DNA of 64,000 nucleotides from an uncultured Verrucomicrobiae bacterium (GTDB lineage Bacteria; Verrucomicrobiota; Verrucomicrobiia; Limisphaerales; JAFGQR01), in contig CAWBHS010000026.1 in NCBI GenBank assembly GCA_963788655.1, positions 1 to 64,000 of the forward strand, written 5' to 3'. Both the position numbers and the translations under genes were made by a program. Of the stretch, positions 11,653 to 23,159 are shown one piece after another (position 1 is the first letter of the stretch; each line of letters begins with the position of its first letter). Under the pieces are notes generated by a model. It saw only the letters and a program-made list of their open reading frames with translations, had not been told where the DNA came from and did not search any database.

Positions 11653-11781
11653 CAATGACCAAGGACCAATGACCAGAGAATGTCCATTACCCAATGACCA
11701 GTTAACCGGTCCCGTGCCGTCTGCATTCCGATTGGGATTTGGGACTTGGGAATTTTCTGGTGCTTGGTTCTTGGTCATTGA
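11653..11781. repeat. Heptamer-based inverted intergenic element (AATGACC.../...GGTCATT)
   Basis: caatgaccaaggaccaatgacc...ttgggatttgggacttggg...ttggtcattg; a similar copy lies at 32903-33035. Confidence 0.6.
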
Positions 11782-12678
11782 TCACTTACGCACGCTCACG
11801 TGGTCGGCGGTCGGAAAATCCGCCGGCACTTTGGTTTGGGTTACCCGGCCCGTGGCCGCCCATTCGGCGCCGCGTTGCAACGTGACGATGAAGCCGACGC
11901 ACTTCATTTGTTGGGCCGCATGGCCCAGCACGGTGTGGAAGACCCGTCCCTTGCCGTAATTGATCGTGAACAGAATCGGTTCGTCGCGGCCGGTGGAGCC
12001 GTATTTGGGATCCTGGTAACCAGTGGCCAGCAAGGTCATGTTTTGCGCCGGACCGCGGAGCCGGCTGTACATTTCGTCTTTCACGTGCAGCCATTTTTCC
12101 GGCAATCCCTTGGTGATCGGATGCTCGTGATTGCGAATGGTCACCAGAAAATCGGTTTGCTGCCCGTGTGAGCCGCCGCTGCCGGGAGAATTATCGCGGA
12201 CGATGTGGCCGTCTTTCCAATACACGTAGGGCCCACTTTTCTCGTTGCGGCCGCCCCAGCCACCCAGCCCGATCATTTCGTTCCATGCTTTCCAGTTAGG
12301 AAAGGCGTTGTCCGCCGCGTGAACGACGACCAGTCCCCCGCCGTTTTTCATGTAGGCGACCAGCGCGGCCTTGGTTGCCTGCGGCCATTCGTCGCCGTTG
12401 TAGTTAGACACGATAACATCGTATTTGGCCCAGTCCGGTTTGAAGTTGGCCATCGCTTGCTTGTTCTGCGGAGTAGTAGCCACGTCCACCGTCATGAGGC
12501 CGGTTGCTTCAAGGATGCGTTTGAGCTCGGGCGTGGTGCCTTTCCAATCGTGATTGTTCTGGCCATCCACGATCAGGGCTTTGAGTGAAGGTTCAGCCGC
12601 CGGGGACGAAGCGGCCCCGAGATGCAAGGTCCAGCAAGCCATCAAGCCCGCCAACAAGAATCGAAAATTTGGTTTCAT
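11782..12678 (-). CDS. Secreted ThuA-like (class I glutamine amidotransferase fold) protein
   Basis: Signal peptide; LIVDGQNNHDW, GGGLVVVHAA, HPITKGLP, YGKGRVFHTVLGH. Confidence 0.85.
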   Translation of the reverse strand: MKPNFRFLLAGLMACWTLHLGAASSPAAEPSLKALIVDGQNNHDWKGTTPELKRILEATGLMTVDVATTPQNKQAMANFKPDWAKYDVIVSNYNGDEWPQATKAALVAYMKNGGGLVVVHAADNAFPNWKAWNEMIGLGGWGGRNEKSGPYVYWKDGHIVRDNSPGSGGSHGQQTDFLVTIRNHEHPITKGLPEKWLHVKDEMYSRLRGPAQNMTLLATGYQDPKYGSTGRDEPILFTINYGKGRVFHTVLGHAAQQMKCVGFIVTLQRGAEWAATGRVTQTKVPADFPTADHVSVRK

Positions 12679-12973
12679 TATGGCATGGTCGGAAAAAGTT
12701 GGAGGTTTGGAAATGCAAAATTTCTCCGTTTCACACCCCCTGCGAGACGCACGGAACAATTTGGCGCTTCCCCCAATTAGGGGCCGGTTGCACAATGGCG
12801 CCGTGAAACGCAAAGCCACTTTGAAACGTTCTGCAAAGGGAGACGCGCGGAGTTGGGAGTCACTCTTCCGTTCAACCGGGGCGCATTGCTGCCAGAAGGC
12901 ACGACTTTTAACCGGCATCTTCCAACGGGCTCGCAGTCCATTCATAACGGCACTGATAATTTCCTGGGCAACC

Positions 12974-14765
12974 ATGCTTGCCAGTTGGACGCCGACAGTG
13001 CTGGCGGCAGTTTCGCACCCGGATCCCCGCGACTTCGCCAATGGCCGACTGATTCCGGACGAAGACTATTGCGATCAACCGCGCATCGTGGTGACGCACG
13101 ATGGCACGTGGGTCTGCCTAATGACTACAGGCCCCGGTCGCGAAGGTGCCGGCGGACAACACGTCGTGGCAACGCGGAGCACCGACCAGGGAAAAACGTG
13201 GTTCCCTCGGGTCGATGTCGAACCGGGCCAGGAGCCCAAATCCGCTTATGCCCTGGCGCTGGTGACTCCCCAGGACCGGATCTATGCCTTCTATTGTTAC
13301 AATGGCGACCGCATCCGCACCCTGCCCAACGGCAAACCGATCCGGGACGACATGCAAGGTTGGTTTTGCTACCGCTATTCGGATGATCAAGGCCGGACCT
13401 GGTCGCCGCGCTATCGGCTGCCCATGCGGCTTACCGCAGCGGACCGCAACAACGACTGGCACGGCAAGCTCCAGATGTTCTGGGCGATTGGTACTCCGGC
13501 GATTTTTGGGAACACGGCCATGTTTGGCTTCACCAAACTGGGCCAATACATTCTCCAGGATGGTGAAGGTTGGTTTTATCGTTCGGATAATATCCTCACC
13601 GAAACCGATCCCGCGAAACTGCAATGGGAATTGCTGCCGGACGGTGACCATGGCGTGCGCGCGCCGGAGTTTGGTTCGGTGCAGGAGGAATTCGACGTGG
13701 TTCATCTGGCCGGGGACGGATTGGTTTTGCGTTTATCGCACCACGCTCGGGCATGCCGCGTGTTCCTACAGTCACAACGGCGGTCATACGTGGGAAAAGC
13801 CTGAGGCCCTACGCTACACACCGGGTGGCGCCGTGGTGAAACAACCACGCGCTTGCACGAAAATTTGGAAGACTCGCAGCGGGCACTATTTGCTGTGGTA
13901 TCACAACAACGGCACCCAGACCTACAACAACGGACCCAATGCCGGCAGCCGTAATCTCGCCTGGTTGAGCGGCGGCACCCTTCGCGACGGTCGCTTGCAA
14001 TGGTCGCAGCCGGAACTGGTAGCCTACGTGGACGGCGGCTTGGAAGGGTGCAGTTACCCGGACTTGATCGAAGCGGGTGGCAAGTTTTACATCTGTGCCA
14101 CGCAAAAAACCGAGGCCCGCATCCTTGAAGTCGCGCCCGAACTGCTGACCGGAATTTGGAACCAGGATGCCGCCCGCACGGTGGTGACCAACGGCCTGGT
14201 GCTGGATCTATCCGCCGAAAAACTGGCCGGCAATTCAACGGTGCCCGCCCCGCGGCTGCCCTGGCTTTGCGGCTCCAATCCGACCCGCCCGCCCGCCGGC
14301 CAAAATCGCGGAGGATTTTCCCTTGAACTGGCGGTGAGGCTGACGGATCTCTCGCCAGGGCAGGTGCTTCTGGATGCGCGCGACGACAGCGGTAAAGGCT
14401 TTGCCTTGGTGACCACCGGTCACGGGGCAGTGCGACTGGAACTGAATGATGGTTGGCGCGGCGCTTTTTGGGATTGCGATCGCGGGCTGCTCGACACGAA
14501 CACGGTCCATCACCTGGTTGCCATCGTGGATGGTGGTCCCGACTTGATCACCTACGTCGTCGATGGCCGGCTTTGCGATGGCGGCTCGGCGCGGTTGTTT
14601 GGTTATGGTCGTTTCGATCCGGCAATGAAAGAAGTCAACGGCGCCCGCGCGTTGCAGCTTGCCCCGAACTTGCACGGTCGATTGGAACGGCTCCGCATCT
14701 ACAACCGCGCGTTGCGCACCAGTGAGGCAATCGGGAATTATCGTGCCAACCTTTCCCCAAGGTAG
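12974..14765 (+). CDS. Sialidase/BNR-repeat beta-propeller with C-terminal LamG-like domain; frameshift near 13720; true start may be upstream
   Basis: Asp-boxes STDQGKTW, SDDQGRTW and SHNGGHTW; SYPD; LamG-like HHLVAIVDG...YVVDG...LRIYNRAL. Confidence 0.8.
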
Positions 14766-14822
14766 CGAACGAAGGTGTGCCAAACCACAAGGGCCACCTC
14801 AAAGCCTCCGGAACATTATTTG

Positions 14823-15302
14823 AGCGTGCCGCCGGCATCCGGCCGGCAGTGCGAACGGTGGATGGGGCCTCGAACGGAACGCAAAGCTTGAGCGCACCCA
14901 CCGCGATCGTTTCTTCCGGCGAGACGCCGGAAGCACGTTGCCAGCGTGCTGCCGGCATCTGGCCGGCAGTGCGAACGGTGGATGGGGCCTCGAACGGAAC
15001 GCAAAGCTTGAGCGCACCCACCGCGATCGTTTCTTCCGGCGGGACGCCGGAAGCACGTTGCCAGCGTGCTGCCGGCATCTGGCCGGCAGTGCGAACGGTG
15101 GATGGGGCCTCGAACGGAACGCAAAACTTGAGCGCACCCACCGCGATCGTTTCTTCCGGCGGGACGCCGGAAGCACGTTGCCAGCGTGCTGCCGGCATCT
15201 GGCCGGCAGTGCGAACGGTGGATGGGGCCTCGAACGGAACGCAAAGCTTGAGCGCACCCACCGCGATCGTTTCTTCCGGCGAGACGCCGGAAGCACGTTG
15301 CT
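14823..15302. repeat. Tandem array of 4 x 120 bp units, each carrying an inverted REP pair (BIME-like)
   Basis: Sequence lines repeat with a 120-nt period and only a few substitutions. Each unit has AGCGTGCTGCCGGCATCTGGCCGGCAG and TTCCGGCGGGACGCCGGAAGCACGTT. Confidence 0.95.
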
Positions 15303-15387
15303 GGCGCATTCCCAGACTTCGATTGAATCGTCCGGGGCCGCCGGCAGTCTATTTACAAAATCTGATTCGGATGGCATCAACGGTTTT

Positions 15388-16554
15388 ATGAAATCACTCG
15401 TTAAGGCTCGCATCGCCCGGTTAAGCCTCATCGGCGCCTGCTTCTGCTTCTGTATCTCACCGGTTTCCATTCATGCCCAACGCGTGCGTTCCGTGCCATT
15501 CTTCCCGAATTTGCCAGGTTACGTCACCTTGCGCGGCGACTTCCATGCGCACACGGTGTTTTCCGATGGCAACGTCTGGCCGACGGTTCGTCCCGAGGAA
15601 GCCTGGCGCGAAGGTTATGATGTCCTGGCGATCACCGATCATCTCGAATACCTGCCGCACAAAAGTGACATGATCCTGACCAACTTCAATCGTTCCTACG
15701 AGTTGGCCCGGCCCACGGCGCAAGCCCTGGGAATGGTTTTGATCCACGCCGCGGAACTGACCCGTGGCGAACCTCCCGGCCATTGGAATCTGTTGTTTCT
15801 GACCAATGCCAACACGATTCCCACCAAGGACTATCACGACGCGTTAAAAGCCGCCCGGCAGCAGGACGCGTTTGTGTTCTGGAATCATCCGGGCTGGAAA
15901 CAGCCGGAGCGCAAGTCGGTTTGGTATGCCGAGCAACAGGAAGCCCTGACCAACGGCTGGCTGCAAGGCATCGAAATCGTCAATGGCCACGAATACGATC
16001 CCATCGCCTTCGGGTGGTGCCTCGAGAAAAAGCTCACGCCGTTCGGTAACTCGGATATCCACAATCCCGTCGCGCTGGACTATGCCTATCCACCAGGTGC
16101 GCACCGGCCCATGACGCTGGTCTTCGCTCGGGAAAAGGCCGTGGACGCCATCAAAGCCGCCTTGCGCGAGCGCCGTACCGCCGTCTATTTCGAGAACCAA
16201 TTGTATGGCGAAGCGCGATTCCTCAAACCCATTTTCGAGCAGTCTCTGGAAGTGGAGACGCCCGAGTTGACCATGGCCAACAAGGGCCGTGCCGTGATGC
16301 AGGTCCACAACCGGTGTGCGGTAACGTTTGAATTGAAGGCCAACGGCAAAGTGGCCGGTCTCAGCTTTCCCAGTGAATTGACCCTGTACTCGGGCAAGAC
16401 GGTGGCCTTCGATGTCCGCCGCACGGGCAAGGAACTGGAATCGGGCGCCACCATTCGTCTGCCGTACACCGTGGAGAACCTGGTCGTCGCCCCGGATACC
16501 AGCCTCCAAGCGAGTCTGGATTTCAAACTTAAGACGCCGCCCAAGAAGAAATGA
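15388..16554 (+). CDS. Secreted PHP-domain phosphoesterase
   Basis: DFHAHTVFSDG, AITDHLE, WNHPGW, GIEIVNG, GNSDIH. Confidence 0.85.
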   Translation: MKSLVKARIARLSLIGACFCFCISPVSIHAQRVRSVPFFPNLPGYVTLRGDFHAHTVFSDGNVWPTVRPEEAWREGYDVLAITDHLEYLPHKSDMILTNFNRSYELARPTAQALGMVLIHAAELTRGEPPGHWNLLFLTNANTIPTKDYHDALKAARQQDAFVFWNHPGWKQPERKSVWYAEQQEALTNGWLQGIEIVNGHEYDPIAFGWCLEKKLTPFGNSDIHNPVALDYAYPPGAHRPMTLVFAREKAVDAIKAALRERRTAVYFENQLYGEARFLKPIFEQSLEVETPELTMANKGRAVMQVHNRCAVTFELKANGKVAGLSFPSELTLYSGKTVAFDVRRTGKELESGATIRLPYTVENLVVAPDTSLQASLDFKLKTPPKKK

Positions 16555-16594
16555 ACGTCCGGGAAAATTTCCAATTCATAAGTGACTGCGGCCA

Positions 16595-19122
16595 ATGGTG
16601 CCGCGGTGGCTTGGGATTGCCTTTTGGCTAACGGTCGCATCGGTCAGCATGGAATTCCAGGGCGGCGACTCCAGCGACCGCCACGGCATCCTGGTCGTTC
16701 GAATCAGGACTGGACCATTGGAAGCCCCGCGCCGACACCATCCACCTCACGCACGTTGCCGCCGCCGGCGCCGCGTCCAATTCCCAGGGCTTCCTTCACA
16801 TTGCGGGCACAATTACTACCGGATGGAATTATGCGCTCTCCGAACCGTTTCCCTTGGAAACCGGCAAGCTATATCGCTGCTCCGCCTGGGTGCGCGTGAC
16901 GGCGCTTGGGTCCAACACGCCCGTACCGTACTTGAAATGCGAGTTCGTGGGCGAGGATTCCACCGCCAATCCCGGCCAGGTTCACACGGACACTTACAAC
17001 TCCCGAAAGCTCGACACCTGGCAGGAATTGACGGTCGAGTTTGAAGTGCCTGCCGGCACCCGCCACGGCTGGCTGGCTTTGGAAAAGGGGACCCGGCAGC
17101 CAGCCTCCATCGAGGCGGACCTGGACGAAATCACCGTTCGCCCCATCGAACGGCTGAGCGTGTTTGACCAATTCCGTCTGGCGCCTTTGCCGGCCACGTT
17201 GGAACAGGTGCGGGGCGTGCATCCGCGGCTTTACCTCGATGCCCAACAAATTGTCGCGCTACGCGAAGCCATCACTTCGACGCATTCGAATCTCTGGCGC
17301 GAAGTGCGCGAGCAGGCGGACCGCGCCGTCAAACAAGGACCACCAGCCTACCGGGAGGACGACGGTTGGAGCGGTGACGAGCAACTGTGGCAGCGGTCGG
17401 TGGGCAACACGATGCCCACGCTGGCGCTGGCCTACTTGCTCAGCGATAACACGAATTACCTGAATAGCGCCCGCGATTGGGCCCTGGCGTCGTGCGCCTA
17501 TCCAACCTGGGGCCTGGGGCGCATTGACGGTTTGGACCTGGCGGCGGGACATCAATTGTTCGGCTTGGCGATCGTTTATGACTGGTGCTACGAGGACTTG
17601 GGCGAGGCCGCGCGGCAACGGATTCGCGAGACGCTGACCCGGCGGGGCCAGGCCATGTTTGAAGCGGCGGCAACCGGCCGGGCCTGGTGGCGGCGTGCCT
17701 ATTTGCAGAATCATTTGTGGGTGAATGCCTGCGGGCTTGCGGCGGCGGGCTTGGCGATCTTCGATGAAAATGAAGAAGCCAATTTATGGATTGGTCTCAG
17801 CCTCGACAAGTTTCGCCAAGACCATGACCGCGCTCGGACCCGACGGCGCCAGCCACGAGGGCGTGGGTTATTGGGAATATGGGGTCGAGTATTTGCTGAA
17901 GTTCATGCACCTCGCGCGTCAGCGATTGGAGGTGAATTTGTTCGATAACGACTGGTGGCGGCGCACCGCCAGCTACGCGATCTACCTGGGTTTGCCCCGG
18001 CAGGCTTGGACCCGGAGCAATTGCATCGTGGATATCGCCGATTGCCCACGTGGGCATTGGTATGGTCCGGACCATTTGCTGCGCGCCCTGGCCCGGGAGT
18101 ACCGGGACGCGAACGCCCAGTGGCTGGCCCGGGAAATCGACCAGGCGGACGTCGCGGCTTCGAGCGCGCCTTGGCTCAACGTGTTGTGGTACGATCCCAC
18201 CGTCCCGGCGCTCTCGCTCAACGCGCTCCCGACGCTGCACCATTTCGACGACCTGGAAATTGTGAGCGCGCGTTCGGGATGGTCCGGCAACGAATCACTG
18301 GTCGTGTTCAAGTGCGGTCCGTTTATCGGGCACAAGGGCGTCCAGGAGTTCAGCTACGATCCGGGCGGCGGGCACGTGCATCCGGACGCCAATCATTTTG
18401 TGGTGTTCGGTGCGGGCGAATGGTTGATCCGCGACGACGGTTACCGCGCCAAATGGACGGGACAACACAACACCCTGCTGGTCGATGGCGAAGGCCAGAT
18501 GGGCGAGGGAAACCAGTGGTTCGACGGCACCGTGCCGCTGGCGGCCAAAGCGCAACCGGCGATCACCCGCGTCTTTTCGAGCCGGACTTTTGATCATATC
18601 GTTGGCGACGCGGCGGCCGCTTATCCGGCGCGTCTGGGGGTGCGGCGCTTCCAGCGGCAATTGCTGTTCCTCAAGCCGGATGTGCTGCTGGTGGTGGATG
18701 ACATACAACTGGACGAACCGCGCACCTTGGAATTGAGGTTCCACCCCGAAGCGACCGAATTCAAACGGCAAGAGCGCGCTTTTGTTTTCCAGGAGCCTCG
18801 GGCCGTCCTGCGTCTGGAATCGCTCGTTCCCGTGGCAGTGGGCATCGATGCCGCAGCCCTCCCGGCGGCGGGACGGCACGGCGAGCAGGACCAAACCATG
18901 TTCGCGGTGCGTTTGCAGACGGAAGCAGCCCAATGGCGCACGGCGGTCGCGTTATCGTGGGCGCCGACGAACCAGCCACCCAAAAAGGTCGTCCTCCAAT
19001 CCGACGAAAACCTCTGGCGGTTTCAAGCCGGTACCAATACGTGCGAACTCGATTGGACCACCGGAAAGGTGACCGTGAAGCCCTCCATTCCAGGGAACGG
19101 TACCGGCAAGCAAAAACCGTGA
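16595..19122 (+). CDS. Heparinase II/III-family polysaccharide lyase-like protein with N-terminal CBM-like domain; frameshifted, start uncertain
   Basis: HPRLYLD, QNHLW, DGASHEGVGYWEYG, ARSGWS, GHVHPDANHF and HNTLLVDG across ORFs 16854..17948 and 17725..19122. Confidence 0.8.
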
Positions 19123-19200
19123 TCGATTTGCGGTCCTGGTTATCCTTAAACACGACGGTATCTTGCCAAAGATTTTGCGGCACGCCTCGATCATTGTGCC

Positions 19201-20304
19201 CTATCGTTGCTCCGGCACCAACCTCAGTTCGCGCGAGCCTTGGACCGTCATTTCTCGGAAACGGCTACCGGTCCAATCGCGTTGGCGTTTGGTCCAGGCG
19301 GAAAAAGGTCCGGCGTCCATTACTGCGCGGACATACAGCGCGCGGCGGATGGCTCCTGCTTCGCCCTTCACTACACGCGCATCCGTGACCCGGCCATCTG
19401 CATAGAGACGGAATTTCAAGACCAGCTCCCCTATCGGTTCGGCGGGAGCGGCGCTTTCCGTGGGTAGCACTTGCTGCAAGACGGCATTGATCCGTTGCAA
19501 CAGGAGCTGATCGTATTGGGCAAAGGGATATCGTCAGGGAATCCTTCCGCTCGCCCAGCGGCAGAGTTCCGCGGCTGGTGTGATTGGTAAAACGAGGTGA
19601 CATCCCAAGCCGCCGGGACGCCGGCATTCGCGTTCTGATTGGTAGCGCTGCTGGCCGTCGTCGATGTTCGCCGTGCGCGCTGGTAATCGGCGGCCGCAAA
19701 AGCCTGCACGACATCTTCAAGGCTGGCGGTTTGCCAGTTGGTCAAGCCGTCAATCTGGCGTCGGTCGAGTCCCGCCAGCACGTTCGTGTCATAGACGAAC
19801 TGCAGCGAGTTCACATACGGCGAACACGCGCCGAGAACGCAACGCGCACAGTCGGCCAATACGCGGCGCGTTTCCAGGCTGTTGAACGCAACCACCAGAT
19901 CGAATTCGGTGAACCGGTCCACGTTGACGTCCACGCGCGCGCCTTTAGGAGCGCAGGCATGAGCGACGCGGCGGATCATTTCCGGCAGCGGGTAGGTCCG
20001 GATCTTTGAGCGCCAGTTGCACCGGGTCGCCCAGCGCGGATTCCAATGCCTGGCGTTGGCGGTTCAAGGTTTCGTCCGCTTTCTGGACAAGTTGGCCTTG
20101 CGCGGTGTGAAGTTGTTCCCGCACTTCAAGGCGCGCGTTCCATTCATCATTGGTCCATTGTTCGCGCCGGGCTTGGAGTGTTGCCGCGTGGGCTTGGTCC
20201 AGCTTCAACCGCTCATGTTGGAAATGATAGTAAACCCCGGCCCCGGCCCCCAATCCGGCGGCGGCAGTCAACAGCGTAAGTAGTGCCGGGGAAGGACGGC
20301 GCAT
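19201..20304 (-). CDS. Membrane-anchored hypothetical protein with TonB C-terminal-like tail; frameshifted
   Basis: N-terminal TM helix and coiled coil (19945..20304), middle part (19431..19979), and C-terminal LVLKFRLYADGRVTDARV...AVMDAGPFSAW (19201..19500). Confidence 0.5.
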
Positions 20305-20310
20305 GGGCAG

Positions 20311-21460
20311 CTAAAATTTGAGCGGTCCGGCCGGATCAAGGCGCGGACTGGCACCGGCGGGTTCGCGGTTGATCGAGAGTTTCTGAAAGCCATCGGTTTC
20401 CACCGTCATCAGGGCGGCGATTTTGTGGAGGGGCAACAAGCGCCAACTGGCGACCTGGGCGGCGGCTGCTTCGGAAATGCTGCACCGATACACCACGTCC
20501 CAATCCACCGGAGCCTCAGTCACCGGCAACGGTTGCTCCGGCCCCGCCACCTCCGGCGCTGCATCTGAATGTCGCACCGCGTGGTTGGCGGAGATTTGAA
20601 TTTTGCGGATGCCACGCCAACCACAACTGTCGAACAAGTCCCGCATGACCTGCGCGCACATCAAGACAGTTTCCTGTTTCATTTCTTCAAGGGAGGCGTG
20701 CCGCGTCCAGGCGCCTTGCTCGTGCGGCGACAGGGCCGAGATTTTGAAGGCCAGTTCAATGCTGAACTTGTCACCGTCCGCTATGATTTTGTTCGTTGAT
20801 TCCGGCGGCGCCACCATGCGGATGACTTGTTCTAGCGCCTGCCGCGCGGCAATTCCTGGATCACGTCCCACGCGCTCGACTTCCAGAAGCGTCCGCTCCA
20901 AGGGGGAGGCGGCGAACGCCGGATCGTGCCGGAGTCGGCGGTCCCATTCCTCGTTATGCCGCACGCGGGCTAATTTACCGGAAATCAAGTCGGCATTGGT
21001 GAGCAGGTTCTGGTAAAAACTGGTTTCGGTTTTCAGCCGCGCTTCAATTCTGTCTTGGACCTGCTGGAGCTCCTGCTGCTGCGTTTTCCTGATTTCGTCC
21101 AAGTCGGCCTCGTGCTGACGTTCGGCCTGCTGCAATCGGAGCTTCAAGTTGCTGACGATGTTGCTGCAAGTCCCAGGTAGCGTAATGGGCATAGGCGCCT
21201 ACTGCCAGCCCAACGGGCAGGCTCATTCCGATCCAGGCCAACCGCCAATGTGCCTGTCCCCATGACCGTAGCCGGCCTGTAAAGGTGAATGGGTTGGGCA
21301 ATTGTTCGTTGCACTCGACACAGCGCAAATCATTCGGCGAGTTGGGGCGGTGAACTCGGTTTTGATAGCCGCAATGAGCGCACCGAACCACCAACGCATG
21401 GGGCTCGGCGACATCGGTTGATTGAGGGTCACTCATTTCAAAAACAAGAACACGAAACAC
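20311..21460 (-). CDS. Zinc-ribbon, single-TM, coiled-coil hypothetical protein; frameshift near 21120
   Basis: CAHC...CVEC motif, TM segment WIGMSLPVGLAVGAY, continuing in ORF 20311..21192. Confidence 0.55.
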
Positions 21461-21495
21461 GGTTGCATAACCGAACCGCAGCCTGTCGGTTGGCG

Positions 21496-22362
21496 CTACT
21501 TTCCGTTAAGCCCTTTCAAATACGCCAGGATCAACTCCGGCAAGTCGTCGCTGTAACCGCCTTCCAATAGATGGAAAGCGGGAATCTTCAATTGCGCAAT
21601 TTGTTGGCCGAGCCAATGAAAGTCTTCCTGTTCGAGAGTTTCCTGGGCGATGGGATCGTACAGGTAAGCGTCGAATCCGGCCGAAACAGCGATCAATTCC
21701 GGTTGGGATTCTTTCAATGCCGTGAGGGCTTTGCTCAGGATTTCGCGGTACTTTTCCCGCGGCGTGTGCGGCCGCACGGGATAATTGAAGCAGTTTTCGC
21801 CTTCATTGCTGGTGCCCGTGCCGGGAAAACACGGATATTGATGGATCGAGTAGAAGTTGACACCGGGTTCGTTCAGCAGAATCGCTTCGCTTCCGTTGCC
21901 GTGGTGGACGTCAAAATCAAAGACGGCCATCTGTTTCGTGCCGGTGTGCAAGGCTTCCAGCACGGTGATGGCTAGGTTGCCCAGGTAACAGAAACCCATC
22001 GCCCGATCGCTGGTGGCATGGTGGCCGGGCGGACGCAAGAGGCTGAAAGCAATCTCGCCCGAGCGCGCCGCCTGCAACGCGCGCAAGCCGCCGCCCACCG
22101 AACGCCGGGCGTGTTCGTAAATGCCGGGATACGCCGGCGTGTCCCCGTCGAAATCATGGCTGGAAAGTTTCACCGAAGCCAGGTGCTGCCGCGTGTGCGC
22201 GCGCAGAATTACTTCTTCCGTAGCTTCCAACGGCGCGGTCCAAGTAAGCTCCAAATCCTTTTGGGACCGGAGCCGTTCGATGGTTCGGCTGACGCGTTCC
22301 GGCCGTTCCGGGTGTCCCACGGCCGAGTAGCCCGTGCAGCGTTCGTCAGTAATGATCGTCAT
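21496..22362 (-). CDS. Histone deacetylase-family protein
   Basis: GHPERPER, RPPGHHA, AMGFC, DFDVHHGNG, SAGFDA, LEGGY. Confidence 0.95.
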   Translation of the reverse strand: MTIITDERCTGYSAVGHPERPERVSRTIERLRSQKDLELTWTAPLEATEEVILRAHTRQHLASVKLSSHDFDGDTPAYPGIYEHARRSVGGGLRALQAARSGEIAFSLLRPPGHHATSDRAMGFCYLGNLAITVLEALHTGTKQMAVFDFDVHHGNGSEAILLNEPGVNFYSIHQYPCFPGTGTSNEGENCFNYPVRPHTPREKYREILSKALTALKESQPELIAVSAGFDAYLYDPIAQETLEQEDFHWLGQQIAQLKIPAFHLLEGGYSDDLPELILAYLKGLNGK

Positions 22363-22495
22363 GCACTCCATTATGAACAAAGCGCCGAAAATGAACAGCG
22401 GGGAATTGCGGGAGGCGAAAAGGAATCGGTCGGTTTCGATAGCGGGATGTGAATTGCAGTGGAAGGAGTGAATTTCCTTTGATACTATGGGGGGC

Positions 22496-22711
22496 ATGAG
22501 TATAGCTGAAGTTGAGAAAGAAGCGCTGGCCTTGCCGGAAAACGAACGGGCGCGTCTGGCGGCTTCGCTGCTCGAAACCTTGCCGCCACCACTAGCGGAA
22601 GTTTCCGATGAAGAGGTTTTTCAGCGCGCCAGGGACTTGGAGGATGGGCGCGCCAAAGAGATATCCCATCAGGAGTTTGTCCGTCGGGTTGAACACGAGC
22701 GCCGACGATGA
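22496..22711 (+). CDS. Putative addiction-module antitoxin
   Basis: EALALPENERARLAASLLETL pattern; overlaps the start of a ParE-like gene (ATGA). Confidence 0.8.
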   Translation: MSIAEVEKEALALPENERARLAASLLETLPPPLAEVSDEEVFQRARDLEDGRAKEISHQEFVRRVEHERRR

Positions 22712-22985
22712 GGGTGGTTTACCACGCCGCCGTTCAGCAGGATATCAATCGGGCGTTGCACTGTTACGACCAACTATCCGGTCGTCTCGGAGACGAGTTC
22801 TGGCAGGAACTAACGGCGTATATTGAAGCCGCCGCTGCCAATCCGCTGCGGTTTCATTCTTAATTGAAGGGTCTGCACCGTGCGAACTTGAAGCGGTTCC
22901 CTTATTCTTTTCTGTACCGAATTCTCTCTGATCGTATTCGCGTCATCGCCGTTCACCACCCAGCGATTCACATTAGGGAACAGAT
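22708..22985 (+). pseudogene. RelE/ParE-family toxin with an in-frame stop (TAA 22861-22863)
   Basis: Reads MRVVYHAAVQQDINRALHCYDQLSGRLGDEFWQEL...NPLRFHS*LKGLHRANLKRFPYSFLYRI...IRVIAVHH. Confidence 0.75.
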
Positions 22986-22990
22986 TGGGA

Positions 22991-23062
22991 CGCCGGGTGA
23001 GGTCACCCGGCCTACCCGAGGGCGGGTTTGCGGCGTTGTAGGCCGGGGGCCCTCACCCGGCG
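22991..23062. repeat. Inverted REP pair
   Basis: CGCCGGGTGAGGTCACCCGGCCTAC and GTAGGCCGGGGGCCCTCACCCGGCG are near reverse complements. Confidence 0.7.
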
Positions 23063-23159
23063 AAAGCGGCTGAGGAACTCCGCCATTTTTAGCCATTTTT
23101 AGCTGTTCATTTGGTCGAAGCCGTGATTCACTTGGTTGAACCAATCGGAAAGGCTCATT

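Noticed and set aside
14823..15302. Possible CRISPR array
   Set aside because: The intervening sequences are identical rather than unique spacers, the period is 120 bp, and no cas genes are present.
14635..15470. Repeat-protein ORFs on both strands
   Set aside because: They arise because a 120-bp GC-rich unit lacks stop codons; the DNA is REP-derived.
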